Of a stretch of DNA of 32,000 bases, positions 16,659-27,197 are shown piece after piece. The position numbers and the translations under genes were made by a program. This DNA comes from Burkholderia guangdongensis (GTDB taxonomy: Bacteria; Pseudomonadota; Gammaproteobacteria; Burkholderiales; Burkholderiaceae), in assembly GCF_013403875.1 (NCBI RefSeq), contig NZ_JACBNX010000002.1, positions 157,889 through 189,888 on the forward strand, in the 5' to 3' direction. Positions within the stretch are counted from its first letter, which is position 1. Each line of letters begins with the position of its first letter. The notes under the pieces were generated by a model that made no database searches, had not been told where the DNA came from, and saw only the letters and a list, made by a program, of their open reading frames with translations.

Positions 16659-17426
16659 TTAGTTGATGCTCAGGTTTTCGTCCGATTCAGCAGATGCGTT
16701 GGCCGATTGGGGCTGATTCGCATAGGCCGCGTACGCTCGGGTGAGTACACCTTGGTCATTAACGATCGCCCGGATAGAGACGCTGCCGTCTGGATGACAC
16801 GTGACAATCGCCGTGCGTTCGCGATCTACCTCAACGGGCGGCAAGGCATCCTCAAGCTCCTGCGAATCGACCGTGCAGAGGATGTTTGTCCCGATTCGTC
16901 TGCGACCTCGTTCGGCAAGAATTGACTGGGAGACCGGACTCTTTGCGGGGCGGGGATTGCCTTTGGCATCGTAGGTTTTCCTTACCTTCTCGATACCGCC
17001 TTCATTTTCAAGCCAGGCGCAGAATGAGTTTTCGGTCTGGCCCATCACATCAGCGGTTGTTAGCACGAGGGCATAACCGGCAGCAAGCTGCCGGTTATCG
17101 CTTACGATCAGCTTGGCCATCATAGTCAGAACACTCGTTTCCGATGTGACTCGAATTTTTTCCTGCTCGCACTTGGCTTCGAGAAATTGCTTGCTTTCGA
17201 CGCGCGCCGCATTCGGAGAATTTTTGTAGTCGCTCTGATACAGGCCGAGAATCTTGGCGAGCACTTCCCAAAGGAAAACTCTGGAGCGGGTGTGCTCGTC
17301 TTTTAGCTTGAAAACCCTGTCGAGAAAGAATGATGCGGGCGAGATATCGATTTTTCGCTGAACCGAATCGATGGGTGACGGTGTGGCAGTTTCGAAATCG
17401 ATTTCGGTGGATAGTGCTTGAACCAT
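16659..17426 (-). CDS. hypothetical protein (255 aa), upstream partner of the AAA+ ATPase
   Basis: The ATG has an aggag SD at 8 nt. It lies 54 bp upstream of the ATPase gene on the same strand. The N-terminal half looks helical. I recognise no family. Confidence 0.6.
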   Translation of the reverse strand: MVQALSTEIDFETATPSPIDSVQRKIDISPASFFLDRVFKLKDEHTRSRVFLWEVLAKILGLYQSDYKNSPNAARVESKQFLEAKCEQEKIRVTSETSVLTMMAKLIVSDNRQLAAGYALVLTTADVMGQTENSFCAWLENEGGIEKVRKTYDAKGNPRPAKSPVSQSILAERGRRRIGTNILCTVDSQELEDALPPVEVDRERTAIVTCHPDGSVSIRAIVNDQGVLTRAYAAYANQPQSANASAESDENLSIN

Positions 17427-17523
17427 GAAAATGCTCCTGTAAAGTTGAGGAAATCGCCGATCAGTGAATCGACGAAACGAACTTTATTTCGGAGCGATTT
17501 TCAGAAATATCCCACGCGCTACG

Positions 17524-18198
17524 TCACGTACGCCGTTTGCCCGCAAGCGGCTCATTTTTTCGAGCAAACGTCATACCGTCCAGCCACTTGGTGATGGTGC
17601 GCTCGGCCTGAGCTTCCGATAGATTGACGCCTTGCGCTTGCGATTCCCTGAGAATCTGGACTTTGATCGACAAAGCCGCATTTCGCTTGCTGGGATAGTT
17701 GCCCGATGCAGCCAGTTCACGCGCAAGTCGGCGCAATGGTTCATATTTTGCGTTGCGCTCTGTGGAGCCGGATTTGCTACGTGCAGAGATGACACCGGCT
17801 AGCGCTGGTTCCAGAGCGAATACGCCCTCAGCGAAACCTAGAAGGTATTGGGCGTTAGCGATGTGGGACCATCCCACGCTTTCGTGGCCTTCTTCGCTGG
17901 CGTTTCCAGCGTCGATCACATGAGCGCAGGCATGGCAGATCGCCCGCATGTAAATCACAAACGAATGCTGGGTGTGGTTCTTGAACGCGGGAACTTCGAT
18001 CCGCGCAGGACTCTGAGCCGACGACTGCGCTATGGGCACGAGGATCTCGCTTTCGAAGTCCTCGGCCGACTTGTCTGGGTTCATCACAATGTAGAGCCGG
18101 AACAACGCTTTGATGATCGCGTCGGCGGCCACGTCGATCGAATCGAAGGTGGGAAGGGGTTCCCCGATTTTTCTGGATTGGGTGTGGATGTCGGTCAT
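17524..18198 (-). CDS. hypothetical protein (224 aa), first gene of the minus-strand cassette
   Basis: ORF 17524..18303 has a TTG start; I trimmed it to the first ATG at 18198 (MTDIHTQSRK...). The C-terminal ..KRNAALSIKVQILRESQAQGVNLSEAQAERTITKWL may be a helix-turn-helix. I recognise no family. Confidence 0.5.
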   Translation of the reverse strand: MTDIHTQSRKIGEPLPTFDSIDVAADAIIKALFRLYIVMNPDKSAEDFESEILVPIAQSSAQSPARIEVPAFKNHTQHSFVIYMRAICHACAHVIDAGNASEEGHESVGWSHIANAQYLLGFAEGVFALEPALAGVISARSKSGSTERNAKYEPLRRLARELAASGNYPSKRNAALSIKVQILRESQAQGVNLSEAQAERTITKWLDGMTFARKNEPLAGKRRT

Positions 18199-18346
18199 GT
18201 ACGTGTGTTGGTAAGGCCCGTGCGGAGTTGAGCATTGCGACCGTGCCAATGGTGGCGCTTTGGCGCGTTGTCTAGCGTTGCACTTGCTTCGGCTGCAAAC
18301 CAACGCAGCTAGACGCTTGGTGGTTCTTCTGGCGAGCCGTAGCGCA

Positions 18347-18369
18347 AATTGTCGGTGTAACCGACAGTT
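18347..18369. repeat. palindromic element copy 4 (AATTGTCGGTgTAACCGACAgTT)
   Basis: It lies ~150 bp upstream of the 224-aa gene start, near the right end of the island. Confidence 0.75.
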
Positions 18370-18400
18370 GCAGGCAACCAGGGGCGCTCGGACTTGATCA

Positions 18401-18646
<246 letters not shown>

Positions 18647-18647
18647 C

Positions 18648-18952
<305 letters not shown>

Positions 18953-18999
18953 CCGGCCGGGGCGGCCGGAGGTGGCCGAGGAGGGCGCCCTGCGTCGCC

Positions 19000-19038
19000 G
19001 CCCTCGTGCCCCTCGTGTGCCCCTCGTGCGCCCCTCGT
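19000..19038. repeat. imperfect tandem array of CCCCTCGTG (about 4 units)
   Basis: gccctcgtg cccctcgtg (tg) cccctcgtg (cg) cccctcgt, in the ferredoxin-hisC convergent intergenic region. Confidence 0.8.
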
Positions 19039-19046
19039 CCCGCTGA

Positions 19047-19087
19047 GCCCGATCAGCCCGATCAGCCCGATCAGCCCGATCAGCCCA
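19047..19087. repeat. perfect tandem array of GCCCGATCA x4 plus a partial unit
   Basis: Units lie at 19047, 19056, 19065 and 19074, followed by gccca. The last full unit contains the hisC stop codon (comp. 19080-19082). Confidence 0.9.
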
Positions 19088-20147
19088 GCAGGTCGCGCAG
19101 CGCCGCGACGAACGTGTCGCACTCGGCGTCGGTGCCGACCGTGATGCGCAGATGCTGGTCGATACGCGGCAGCTTGAAGTGCCGCACGAAAATTTCCTTC
19201 TCCTTGAGCCGCGCGGCGATCGCAGCCGCATCGTGCGCCGGATGGCGCGCGAACACGAAGTTCGCGGCCGACGGCACGACGTCGAAGCCGAGCGCCTGCA
19301 GCGCGCCCGTGAGCCGTTCGCGGCTCGCGATCACCTTGCGCCGCATCCCGTCGAAATACGCGTCGTCCTCGTACGCGGCCTGAGCTGCGGCCTGAGCGAG
19401 GCGATCGAGCGGATACGAGTTGAAGCTGTCCTTCACGCGATCGAGTGCCTCGATCAGATCCGGATGGCCGAACGCGAAGCCGACGCGCATGCCCGCGAGC
19501 GCGCGCGCCTTCGACGTCGTGTGGACGACGAGCAGGTTCGGATAGCGATCGATCAGCGCGATCGCCGATTCCGCGCCGAAGTCGACGTACGCCTCGTCGA
19601 TCACGACGGCCGACGACGGATTCGCGGCGACGATCCGCTCGACGTCCGCGAGCGGCAGCGCGCGGCCGGTCGGCGCGTTCGGGTTCGGGAACAGCACGCC
19701 GCCCGCATCGCCGAGATAGTCGTCGACGCGGATCGAGAAGTCGTCCGCGAGCGGCACCGCTTCGTATTGCACGCCGTACAGGCGCGCGTAGGTCGGATAG
19801 AAGCTGTACGTGATGTCCGGAAAGCGCAGCGGCCGGTCGTGCTTCAGTAGCGCGTGGAACGCGTGCGCGAGCACCTCGTCCGAGCCGTTGCCGGCGAACA
19901 CCTGAGCGGGCGTCAGGCCGTGATGCGCGGCAACCGTCTCGCGCAGCCTGCGCGCGAGCGGATCGGGATAGCGGCGCAATGCTTCGCCGGTAGCCCCAAG
20001 TTCGCGCGCGATCGCCGCGACGACGCACGGCGAAGGCGGATAGGGATTTTCGTTGGTGTTCAGCTTGACCGGGTGCGCGAGCGCGGGCTGCTCGCCCGGC
20101 ACGTAAGGCACGAGTTGCTGAACGACGTCGCTCCAGTAACGGCTCAC
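19080..20147 (-). CDS. hisC: histidinol-phosphate aminotransferase family (class II PLP aminotransferase)
   Basis: 355-aa ORF with ...[14 protein letters not shown]..., ...FPNPNAPTG... and the PLP lysine context [15 protein letters not shown]. Confidence 0.85.
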   Translation of the reverse strand: MSRYWSDVVQQLVPYVPGEQPALAHPVKLNTNENPYPPSPCVVAAIARELGATGEALRRYPDPLARRLRETVAAHHGLTPAQVFAGNGSDEVLAHAFHALLKHDRPLRFPDITYSFYPTYARLYGVQYEAVPLADDFSIRVDDYLGDAGGVLFPNPNAPTGRALPLADVERIVAANPSSAVVIDEAYVDFGAESAIALIDRYPNLLVVHTTSKARALAGMRVGFAFGHPDLIEALDRVKDSFNSYPLDRLAQAAAQAAYEDDAYFDGMRRKVIASRERLTGALQALGFDVVPSAANFVFARHPAHDAAAIAARLKEKEIFVRHFKLPRIDQHLRITVGTDAECDTFVAALRDLLG

Positions 20148-20216
20148 CGCTTCGCTCCTGACGGTAAAAACAGCGAGCTTACCTCATGCGCGCCGCGCGT
20201 AGCGACGCACCGGCGC

Positions 20217-20819
20217 TCATCCCTGGCGATGCAGCAGCATCGTCGCGCGATCGAGTTCGCCCTTGACGACCATCGGCATCACCGCGAGCGCGCGCTCGAT
20301 CGCCGCGTCGATCACGTCCTGCTCGTCCTTGCGCGGCGGTTTCAGCACGAAGTTCGCGACGTCCGGCTTCGCGCCGGCGCGCGCGCTTTCGGGGATCAGG
20401 TCGCGCGGATGGCCGATGCCGATCCGCAGGCGCCAGTACTGCTGCGACGACAGATGCGCGGAGATGTCCTTGAGCCCGTTGTGGCCGCCGCTGCCGCCGC
20501 CGAGCTTCAGCTTCACGGTGCCGGGCGGCAGGTCGAGTTCGTCGTGCGCGACGAGGATCTGGTCGGGCAGGATCTTGAAGAAATGCGCGAGCGCGACGAC
20601 CGACTGGCCGGAGCGGTTCATGTACGTCTGCGGCTCGAGCAGATGCACTTCCTCGCCGTGCAGGCGCGCCTTCGCATAGAAGCCGTGGAAGCGGCGTTCG
20701 TCGCGCAGCGTCGCGCCGGCTTCGCGGGCGAGCTGGTCGATCAGCCAGAAGCCGGCGTTGTGGCGCGTCGCGGTGTATTCCGCCCCGGGATTGCCGAGGC
20801 CGACGATCAGTTTGATCAT
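20217..20819 (-). CDS. pth: peptidyl-tRNA hydrolase
   Basis: [25 protein letters not shown]...GGHNGLKDI is the canonical Pth sequence. Confidence 0.9.
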   Translation of the reverse strand: MIKLIVGLGNPGAEYTATRHNAGFWLIDQLAREAGATLRDERRFHGFYAKARLHGEEVHLLEPQTYMNRSGQSVVALAHFFKILPDQILVAHDELDLPPGTVKLKLGGGSGGHNGLKDISAHLSSQQYWRLRIGIGHPRDLIPESARAGAKPDVANFVLKPPRKDEQDVIDAAIERALAVMPMVVKGELDRATMLLHRQG

Positions 20820-20855
20820 GACGTTTCGATGGCGGCTACGAGCCGCCAGGCGCGG

Positions 20856-20891
20856 AAAAAGAAAAACCCGCCGGGCGAGCCGCGGCGGGTT
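20856..20891 (-). terminator. intrinsic terminator downstream of rplY
   Basis: On the minus strand, AACCCGCCG pairs with CGGCGGGTT (9-bp GC-rich stem) and is followed by TTTCTTTTT. It lies 46 nt after the rplY stop and 37 nt before the pth start. Confidence 0.55.
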
Positions 20892-20936
20892 GCGTCGACC
20901 GTTTCGTGAAACGGATCGAGAGGGCGCTCAGACCGC

Positions 20937-21539
20937 TCAGGCAGCCGGCGTTTCGCCTTCTGCCGCCGCGACGGCGCCAGCCGGCAGAGCGGCCGAAGCG
21001 ATCACCGGGTTTTCGGCGTCGACGTGCGAGGTCAGCGCGACGCCGGTCGGCAGCGTGATGTCCTTCGCGTGCAGCGACTGGCCCGCTTCGATCTTCGACA
21101 GATCGATTTCGAGGAATTCCGGCAGGTTGGCCGGCAGGCACTCGACTTCGATTTCGGTCACGACGTGAGCGATGATCGCGCTCGACAGCTTCACGGCCGG
21201 GCTGACTTCGGCGTTCAGGAAGTGCAGCGGCACCTTCGTGTGCAGCTTCTTCTTCGCGTCGACGCGCTGGAAGTCCACGTGCAGCACGAGTTGCTTGAAC
21301 GGGTGGTACTGGACGTCACGCAGCAGGACTTGCTGCGACTGGCCGGCCACTTCGAGGTCGAGGATCGACGAGTGGAAGGCTTCCTTCTTCAGCGCGTGCC
21401 ACAGCGCGTTGTGATCGAGTTCGATCATTTGCGGCGCTGCTTCACCACCGTAGACGATACCCGTGGTCTTACCAGCGTTGCGCAGGCGGCGGCTCGCACC
21501 CGTACCTTGCAGGTTGCGCTCGAAAGCGACGACTTTCAT
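20937..21539 (-). CDS. rplY: 50S ribosomal protein L25 / general stress protein Ctc
   Basis: ORF 20937..21677, trimmed to ATG 21539, which is preceded by ggagaaatac. [32 protein letters not shown]... is the L25/Ctc N-terminus. Confidence 0.9.
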   Translation of the reverse strand: MKVVAFERNLQGTGASRRLRNAGKTTGIVYGGEAAPQMIELDHNALWHALKKEAFHSSILDLEVAGQSQQVLLRDVQYHPFKQLVLHVDFQRVDAKKKLHTKVPLHFLNAEVSPAVKLSSAIIAHVVTEIEVECLPANLPEFLEIDLSKIEAGQSLHAKDITLPTGVALTSHVDAENPVIASAALPAGAVAAAEGETPAA

Positions 21540-21709
21540 GTATTTCTCCATTGACTGCCCGCGACCAGGCAGTGAAACGGACCGCCGATGCGGCGGCCCC
21601 GATGAAACGGCCGGGGTTTCGTACGTCCCGGCCGATTGTGCAAAAAGCGAAGCGTCGCCGCTTCGCTTTCCGCGCATACTTCGTGCTTCGCTATCCGATC
21701 AGGTGTCGA

Positions 21710-22666
21710 TCAGGAATCCGCGAACAGCGACATCACCGAATCGCCGCGGCGGATCCGCGAGAACGTCTCGGCGAGCAGATCGGCGCTGGTCAGCGCGCGG
21801 ATCTTCGGGCACGCGAGCGACTCGGCGGACAGCGGAATCGTGTCGGTCACGACCAGCGCGTCGAGCTGCGATGCGGCGATGCGCTCGGCGGCGCCGCCCG
21901 ACAGCACCGGATGCGTCGCGTACGCGAACACCTGCTTCGCGCCGCGCTCCTTCAGCACTTGCGCAGCCTTGCACAGCGTGCCGGCGGTGTCGACCATGTC
22001 GTCCATGATCACGCAGGTGCGGCCTTCGACTTCACCGATGATGTTCATCACTTCGGCGACGTTCGCCTTCGGACGACGCTTGTCGATGATCGCGAGATCG
22101 CAGTTGAGCTGCTTCGCGAGCGCCCGGGCGCGCACGACGCCGCCGATGTCCGGCGACACGACGAGTAGATTCTCGTAGCCCTGCTTGCGCACGTCGCCAA
22201 GCAGGATCGGCGTCGCGTAGATGTTGTCGACCGGAATGTCGAAGAAGCCCTGAATCTGGTCGGCGTGCAGATCCATCGTGATGATCCGCTCGACGCCGGC
22301 GATTTCCAGCATGTTCGCGATGACCTTCGCCGAGATCGCGACGCGCGCCGAACGCGGGCGGCGATCCTGACGCGCATAGCCGAAGTAGGGGATGGCAGCG
22401 GTGATCCGGCCGGCGGATGCGCGCTTCAGCGCATCGACCATGATCATCAGTTCCATCAGGTTGTCATTGGTCGGCGCGCACGTGGATTGCAGGACGAAGA
22501 CGTCCTTGCCGCGCACGTTTTCCTGGATCTCGACCTGGATCTCGCCGTCGGAGAAACGGCTGACCATTGCTTTGCCGAGGGGAATACCGAGAATGTCGAC
22601 GACTTCACGGGCGAGCGCGGGATTCGCGTTGCCAGTAAAAACCATCAGGCCGTCATGGCTGCTCAT
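21710..22666 (-). CDS. prs: ribose-phosphate pyrophosphokinase
   Basis: ORF 21710..22822, trimmed to ATG 22666 ([16 protein letters not shown]...). The motifs ...[10 protein letters not shown]... and ...[10 protein letters not shown]... are present. The upstream extension reads through the tRNA gene. Confidence 0.9.
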   Translation of the reverse strand: MSSHDGLMVFTGNANPALAREVVDILGIPLGKAMVSRFSDGEIQVEIQENVRGKDVFVLQSTCAPTNDNLMELMIMVDALKRASAGRITAAIPYFGYARQDRRPRSARVAISAKVIANMLEIAGVERIITMDLHADQIQGFFDIPVDNIYATPILLGDVRKQGYENLLVVSPDIGGVVRARALAKQLNCDLAIIDKRRPKANVAEVMNIIGEVEGRTCVIMDDMVDTAGTLCKAAQVLKERGAKQVFAYATHPVLSGGAAERIAASQLDALVVTDTIPLSAESLACPKIRALTSADLLAETFSRIRRGDSVMSLFADS

Positions 22667-22710
22667 CGTGCACCTGCGTCGGGCTTGGGCGGGAAATGCG
22701 GGAAAATTTG

Positions 22711-22787
22711 TGGCAGGGGAGGAAGGACTCGAACCCTCGCATGCCGGAATCAAAATCCGGTGCCTTGACCAACTTGGCGACTCCCCT
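22711..22787 (-). tRNA. tRNA-Gln (anticodon UUG), CCA encoded
   Basis: The reverse complement aggggagtcgccaagttggtcaaggcaccggattttgattccggcatgcgagggttcgagtccttcctcccctgcca folds as a cloverleaf. The acceptor stem is aggggag/ctcccct, the anticodon stem ccgga/tccgg has loop ttTTGat, and the T arm is gaggg/ccttc-like. It is collinear with E. coli tRNA-Gln. Confidence 0.85.
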
Positions 22788-22838
22788 ACGCTTAACCTGA
22801 ACTCTGTCGGACGGTAGGACATCCGGCAAAGTAAAACT

Positions 22839-23720
22839 CTATGACGCGAAAGCGAAGAGCGGATGCTCGTTCAGGCTCTCGGCAACTGCGCCGTTCCAGC
22901 CGGCGGGCAGTCGGGCTTGCGCCGCTTCTGCCTCATGTTTGCTGCGAAACGCGGCAAACACGCTTGCTCCAGAACCGGTCATCCTCGCGGGGGTCACATC
23001 ATAAAACCATTTGACCACCTGCGCAACTTCCGCGTACTTGCTTGTCACAACCTGCTGCATGTCATTCCGGCCGAAACTGTCTGGCCATCCTGCGTTGCGG
23101 CTTTGCTGTGCAAGAAAGTCCGTAATTGTGACGGGTTCCGAATCTCTTGTCAACAACTCGTCCGAAAAAATTTCGGCGGTCGGGACATGAACTCGCGGCG
23201 TCACAACCAGGAACCAGCGAGTCGGCAATTCTACCCCAGCTAAATCTTCTCCGATACCCTCCGCGAACGCATTTTTTCCAAACACGAAAAACGGCACGTC
23301 CGCGCCGAGCTTCACCGCGAGCGCCTGCAGCGCCGCGCGCGGCATGTCGAGCCGCCACAGGCGGTTCAGCGCGAGCAGCGTCGTCGCCGCGTCCGAGCTG
23401 CCGCCGCCGAGGCCCGCACCCATCGGCAGGCGCTTGTCGATTTCGATGTCGACGCCCGCCGTCGTGCCCGTGTGCGCCTTCAGCAGATTCGCCGCGCGCA
23501 CGACGAGGTCAGTCTCCGCCGGCACGCCCGGCACGTCGGTGACGCGCACGACCCGGCCGTCGTCGCGATGCGTGAAGTGCAGCGTGTCGCCCCAGTTCAG
23601 CAACTGGAACACGCTTTGCAGGTTGTGGTAACCGTCCGCGCGGCGGCCGGTGATGTGCAGGAACAGGTTCAGTTTCGCGGGCGCGAGGCAGTCGCGCAGC
23701 GAGCGGGGCGAGTCGGTCAT
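22839..23720 (-). CDS. ispE: 4-diphosphocytidyl-2-C-methyl-D-erythritol kinase
   Basis: 293-aa ORF with [20 protein letters not shown] and [17 protein letters not shown] (GHMP kinase motif). Confidence 0.9.
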   Translation of the reverse strand: MTDSPRSLRDCLAPAKLNLFLHITGRRADGYHNLQSVFQLLNWGDTLHFTHRDDGRVVRVTDVPGVPAETDLVVRAANLLKAHTGTTAGVDIEIDKRLPMGAGLGGGSSDAATTLLALNRLWRLDMPRAALQALAVKLGADVPFFVFGKNAFAEGIGEDLAGVELPTRWFLVVTPRVHVPTAEIFSDELLTRDSEPVTITDFLAQQSRNAGWPDSFGRNDMQQVVTSKYAEVAQVVKWFYDVTPARMTGSGASVFAAFRSKHEAEAAQARLPAGWNGAVAESLNEHPLFAFAS

Positions 23721-23749
23721 GCGTGTGTCGGAGAGGTTGGGCGCGCGTG

Positions 23750-24406
23750 CTACTGGTCGAGCACGAGCTTGATGTCGAGCGGCGGCGTCGCGCGCACGAT
23801 GTTCACGCGCTTCACGCCGGTCGCGGGCGCGTCGGCGTACGCGACGTAGTCGATCGTCCAGCCGTCCTGGCGGATCTGCGTGATGCGCGTCGCATCGGCG
23901 GGGTCGCGCACCGTCGTCGCGGGTGTCGCGGGCGCGGGCGTCGGCAGCAGCCAGTAGCGCAGGCCCGCGAGCGGCAGCGAAAAGCCGAGCGCGTGCTGCA
24001 TCAGGTCGCCGACGTCGGTTGCGTATTGCGGCTGGCGGTTCGGCAGTTCGAGCGACGCCGTCCGCGGCGACGCCTTCACGATCGCGAGCGTCTGGCCGAG
24101 CGGGCTGCGCAGTTCGACCGACACGTCGTCGCCGTGCTGCTGCCAGTCGAAGTTGCCGTACACGTTGCGCGCATTGCCGGACTGGTCGCTGTACCGCACC
24201 GCGAAGCGGCCGTGATACGCGTGCGTGCCGATCGCCTGCGTGACGGCCATGTCCGGCGCCAGCTGCAGCGGCGGCGGCTTCGTGCTCGCGCAGCCGCCGA
24301 GCGCGAATGCGGCCGCAGCGGCTGCCGCGGCGGTAGCCGCGCGCGCGGTGTGACGCGGGATGCGCAGCGGGATGTAAAGCGGGAGGCGCATCGTCGGCAT
24401 GCGCAT
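23750..24406 (-). CDS. lolB: outer-membrane lipoprotein LolB
   Basis: These are the last 218 codons of the long ORF 23750..25822. [12 protein letters not shown]...AAFALGGC has a lipobox, followed by LolB-like ...[10 protein letters not shown]...FDWQQHGD... The ATG overlaps the stop of the upstream TPR gene (TGATG). Confidence 0.8.
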   Translation of the reverse strand: MRMPTMRLPLYIPLRIPRHTARAATAAAAAAAAFALGGCASTKPPPLQLAPDMAVTQAIGTHAYHGRFAVRYSDQSGNARNVYGNFDWQQHGDDVSVELRSPLGQTLAIVKASPRTASLELPNRQPQYATDVGDLMQHALGFSLPLAGLRYWLLPTPAPATPATTVRDPADATRITQIRQDGWTIDYVAYADAPATGVKRVNIVRATPPLDIKLVLDQ

Positions 24407-26253
24407 CAGAGACCGTTGACCTGCAGGCGCTTCAACGTCTGCTGCAGCGTGTCGTTGTCCGGCTCGAGTTTCTGCGCGGCACGCCACGCGGAGCGCGCGT
24501 CGTCCTGCGCGCCGCTCTTCCACAGCACTTCGCCGAGATGCGCGCCGATTTCGGCGTTCGGCTGCAGGTCGTACGCGCGCCGCAGGATCTTCGCCGCGCT
24601 CGCGGTGTCGCCCATCCGGTACTTGACCCAGCCGAGGCTGTCCATGATGTACGCGTCGTCCGGCGCGAGCTGGATCGCCTTCTCGATCAGCTTGCTCGCT
24701 TCCGGCAGCCGCTGGTTGCGGTCGGCGAGCGAATAGCCGAGCGCGTTGTACGCCTGCGGATTGTCTGGCTGCGTGCGGATCAGCTCGCGCAACTCCTGCT
24801 CCATCGTCGCGTAGTTCGCGTCCTTCTCGGCCGCCATCGCGTAGTCGTAGCGCAGGTCGGGATCGTCCGGATAATCCTGGACCGCCTGCGCGAGACGCGC
24901 TTCCGCTTCCTTGTAGCGTTTCGCGGTGAACAGGATCGATGCGTCGGTGCGCGCGATGACCGCCGCGTCGTGCGGGTCGCTGACCTGCAGATCGTCGAGA
25001 ACCTTGCGCGCCTCGTCGGTCTTGCCCTGCTTCTCCAGCAACTGCGCGCGCGTGACCTGCGCGGGCAGGTAATGCTGGCTCGCCGGGCTGACCTTGTCGA
25101 GCCACTGCGTCGCCTGCGCGTCGTTGCCCTGGTCGATCGCGATCTGGGCGAGGTAGATGTAGCCCTGGCCGGCGTCCGCGCCGGGCGTCTTCTCGCCGAT
25201 CTGCACGTACTGCTTCAGGTAGCCGGTTGCGTCGTCGAGCTTCTTCTGCTGGATCTTGATCAGCGCGAGCGCCATCAGCGGCGTCGGATCCTTCGCGTCG
25301 AGCTTGCGCATCGCTTCGAACTGCTTCTGCGCGTCGTCGAGACGATTGTCGGACAGATAGAGCTGCGACAGCGCGAGCCGCGCGTCGCGCGACTTCGGAT
25401 TCTGCTGCACGTATTTCTCGAACGACACGATGCCGGCCGCGCGATCCTCGGGGCTCATCTGCGACAGCATCAGCGCGGCCGGCAGGTAGTCCGGGCGGAT
25501 CTGCAGCGCGGCCTTCAGCGACTGCGACGCGCCCGCCTTGTCGTCGGCCGCGAGCTGCTGGCGCGCGATCGCGAGCCGTGCCTCGGGGCGGTTCATGTCG
25601 TTCTTCAGCATGTCCTGCAGCACCGCGAGGCCGCCGGCGCGATCCGGGCCGCGCGCGATCAGCGCCTGCAGCGCGAGGATCGCGGGGCCGCGCGAATCGC
25701 CGGTCGCGCGCGCGAGCTCGTGCGCGAGCATCGGCTGAGCGTCGGCCGGCTTGCCGGACAGCACGAGCAGCGCGGCGTCGACCTGCGATGCGCGGTTCGA
25801 GTCGGGTGCGTACTCGTGCCACAGATTCGCGGCGGCCAGCGCATCGGCCGGGCTTTGCGCGGCGAGCGCGATCTCGGTCGCGCGCTGCGCCATCCGCGGA
25901 TCGCGCGTGTCGCGCGCGAGCGCGAGATAGGTCTGGTACGCGGGGGCGGGCTGGCTGCGCTGCAGCGCGACTTCGGCGGCGAGCACCTGATAGACGATCT
26001 GGCTCGTCAGCGGCACGCCCGGGAGATCCTTTTTCTCCGCGGGCAACATCGAATCGAACGTATCCTCTTGCGACTCGGCGCCGTCCGTCGCGGGATCCTG
26101 CGCGTGAGCCGGGAGGGCGGTGAAGGCCCAGGCGGCGAGCAGCGCGGCGCCGATCGCGCGGCGGATCGGAACGGCGGGGACGGCGGAAACGGCACGCGAG
26201 CCGCGCGCGCGGGCGACGGGGCGCTTGTGAAGCAGCTTCGAGGGCAAGGTCAT
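24406..26253 (-). CDS. periplasmic tetratricopeptide-repeat protein (615 aa)
   Basis: It has a signal peptide (..[15 protein letters not shown]|QD) and many TPR-like repeats. It occupies the conserved position upstream of lolB-ispE in betaproteobacteria. Confidence 0.75.
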   Translation of the reverse strand: MTLPSKLLHKRPVARARGSRAVSAVPAVPIRRAIGAALLAAWAFTALPAHAQDPATDGAESQEDTFDSMLPAEKKDLPGVPLTSQIVYQVLAAEVALQRSQPAPAYQTYLALARDTRDPRMAQRATEIALAAQSPADALAAANLWHEYAPDSNRASQVDAALLVLSGKPADAQPMLAHELARATGDSRGPAILALQALIARGPDRAGGLAVLQDMLKNDMNRPEARLAIARQQLAADDKAGASQSLKAALQIRPDYLPAALMLSQMSPEDRAAGIVSFEKYVQQNPKSRDARLALSQLYLSDNRLDDAQKQFEAMRKLDAKDPTPLMALALIKIQQKKLDDATGYLKQYVQIGEKTPGADAGQGYIYLAQIAIDQGNDAQATQWLDKVSPASQHYLPAQVTRAQLLEKQGKTDEARKVLDDLQVSDPHDAAVIARTDASILFTAKRYKEAEARLAQAVQDYPDDPDLRYDYAMAAEKDANYATMEQELRELIRTQPDNPQAYNALGYSLADRNQRLPEASKLIEKAIQLAPDDAYIMDSLGWVKYRMGDTASAAKILRRAYDLQPNAEIGAHLGEVLWKSGAQDDARSAWRAAQKLEPDNDTLQQTLKRLQVNGL

Positions 26254-26341
26254 GGAAATCCGATCGATGTTTCAGCCGATTGTAACGCGGTCGCTACAAT
26301 ACGCGCACAATCGTCATCAATGAATTGAGACCCATGAAAAC

Positions 26342-27172
26342 ATGCCAGAGTTGCCGGAAGTCGAGGTGACGCGACGGGGCATCGAGCCCTTTGTCGCGGG
26401 GCGCCGCGTCGCGCGCGTCGACGTGCGCACGGCGATGCTGCGCTGGCCGGTGCCGGCCGGGTTCGCCGAGCAGTTGCGCGAGCGCGAGGTGCTGCGCGTC
26501 GAGCGGCGCGGCAAGTATCTGCTGTTCGAGGTCGACGCCGGCTGGTTCATCGTGCATCTCGGCATGACCGGCACGCTGCGCGTGCTGCCGACCACCGGCG
26601 AGCCGCCCGCGGCCGCGAAGCATGATCACGTCGACTGGATCTTCGACGGCTTCGTGCTGCGCTTTCGCGATCCGCGCCGCTTCGGCGCGGTGCTCTGGCA
26701 TCCGCGCGAGGCCGGCGACGTGCACGCGCATCCGCTGCTCGCGGGCCTCGGCGTCGAGCCGTTCTCGCCGGCGTTCACCGGCGCGCTGCTGCATGCGCGC
26801 ACGCGCGGGCGCACCGTCGCCGTGAAGCAGGCACTGCTCGCGGGCGATATCGTCGTCGGGGTCGGCAACATCTATGCGTCGGAGAGCCTCTTTCGCGCCG
26901 GCATTCGTCCGACCACGCCCGCCGGCAAGGTGTCGCTGCCGCGTTACGAGCGGCTCGCCGACGCGGTGCGCGCGACGCTCGCCGCCGCGATCGAGCGCGG
27001 CGGCAGCACGCTGCGCGACTTCGTCGGCAGCAATGGCGAGAGCGGCTACTTCCAGCTCGACTGCTTCGTCTACGATCGCGCGGGCGAGCCGTGCCGCGTG
27101 TGCGGCACGCCGATCCGTCAGATCGTACAGGGCCAGCGGTCCACCTACTATTGTCCGAATTGCCAACGCTAA
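26342..27172 (+). CDS. mutM: formamidopyrimidine-DNA glycosylase
   Basis: It has the [10 protein letters not shown]-terminus (catalytic Pro2) and a C-terminal zinc finger CRVCGTPI...YYCPNCQ. Confidence 0.9.
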   Translation: MPELPEVEVTRRGIEPFVAGRRVARVDVRTAMLRWPVPAGFAEQLREREVLRVERRGKYLLFEVDAGWFIVHLGMTGTLRVLPTTGEPPAAAKHDHVDWIFDGFVLRFRDPRRFGAVLWHPREAGDVHAHPLLAGLGVEPFSPAFTGALLHARTRGRTVAVKQALLAGDIVVGVGNIYASESLFRAGIRPTTPAGKVSLPRYERLADAVRATLAAAIERGGSTLRDFVGSNGESGYFQLDCFVYDRAGEPCRVCGTPIRQIVQGQRSTYYCPNCQR

Positions 27173-27197
27173 CCTCTCAGACACCTTCCTCCACACC

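Noticed and set aside
19000-19087. Possible CRISPR array
   Set aside because: The units are 9 bp and directly abutting, with no spacers, and no cas genes are nearby. This is a simple tandem repeat.
23750-25822. 690-aa ORF 23750..25822 read as a single gene
   Set aside because: Only the last 218 codons (from ATG 24406) are LolB, with a lipobox. The upstream 470 codons are an out-of-frame overlap of the TPR gene 24406..26253 and are Arg/Ala-rich noise.
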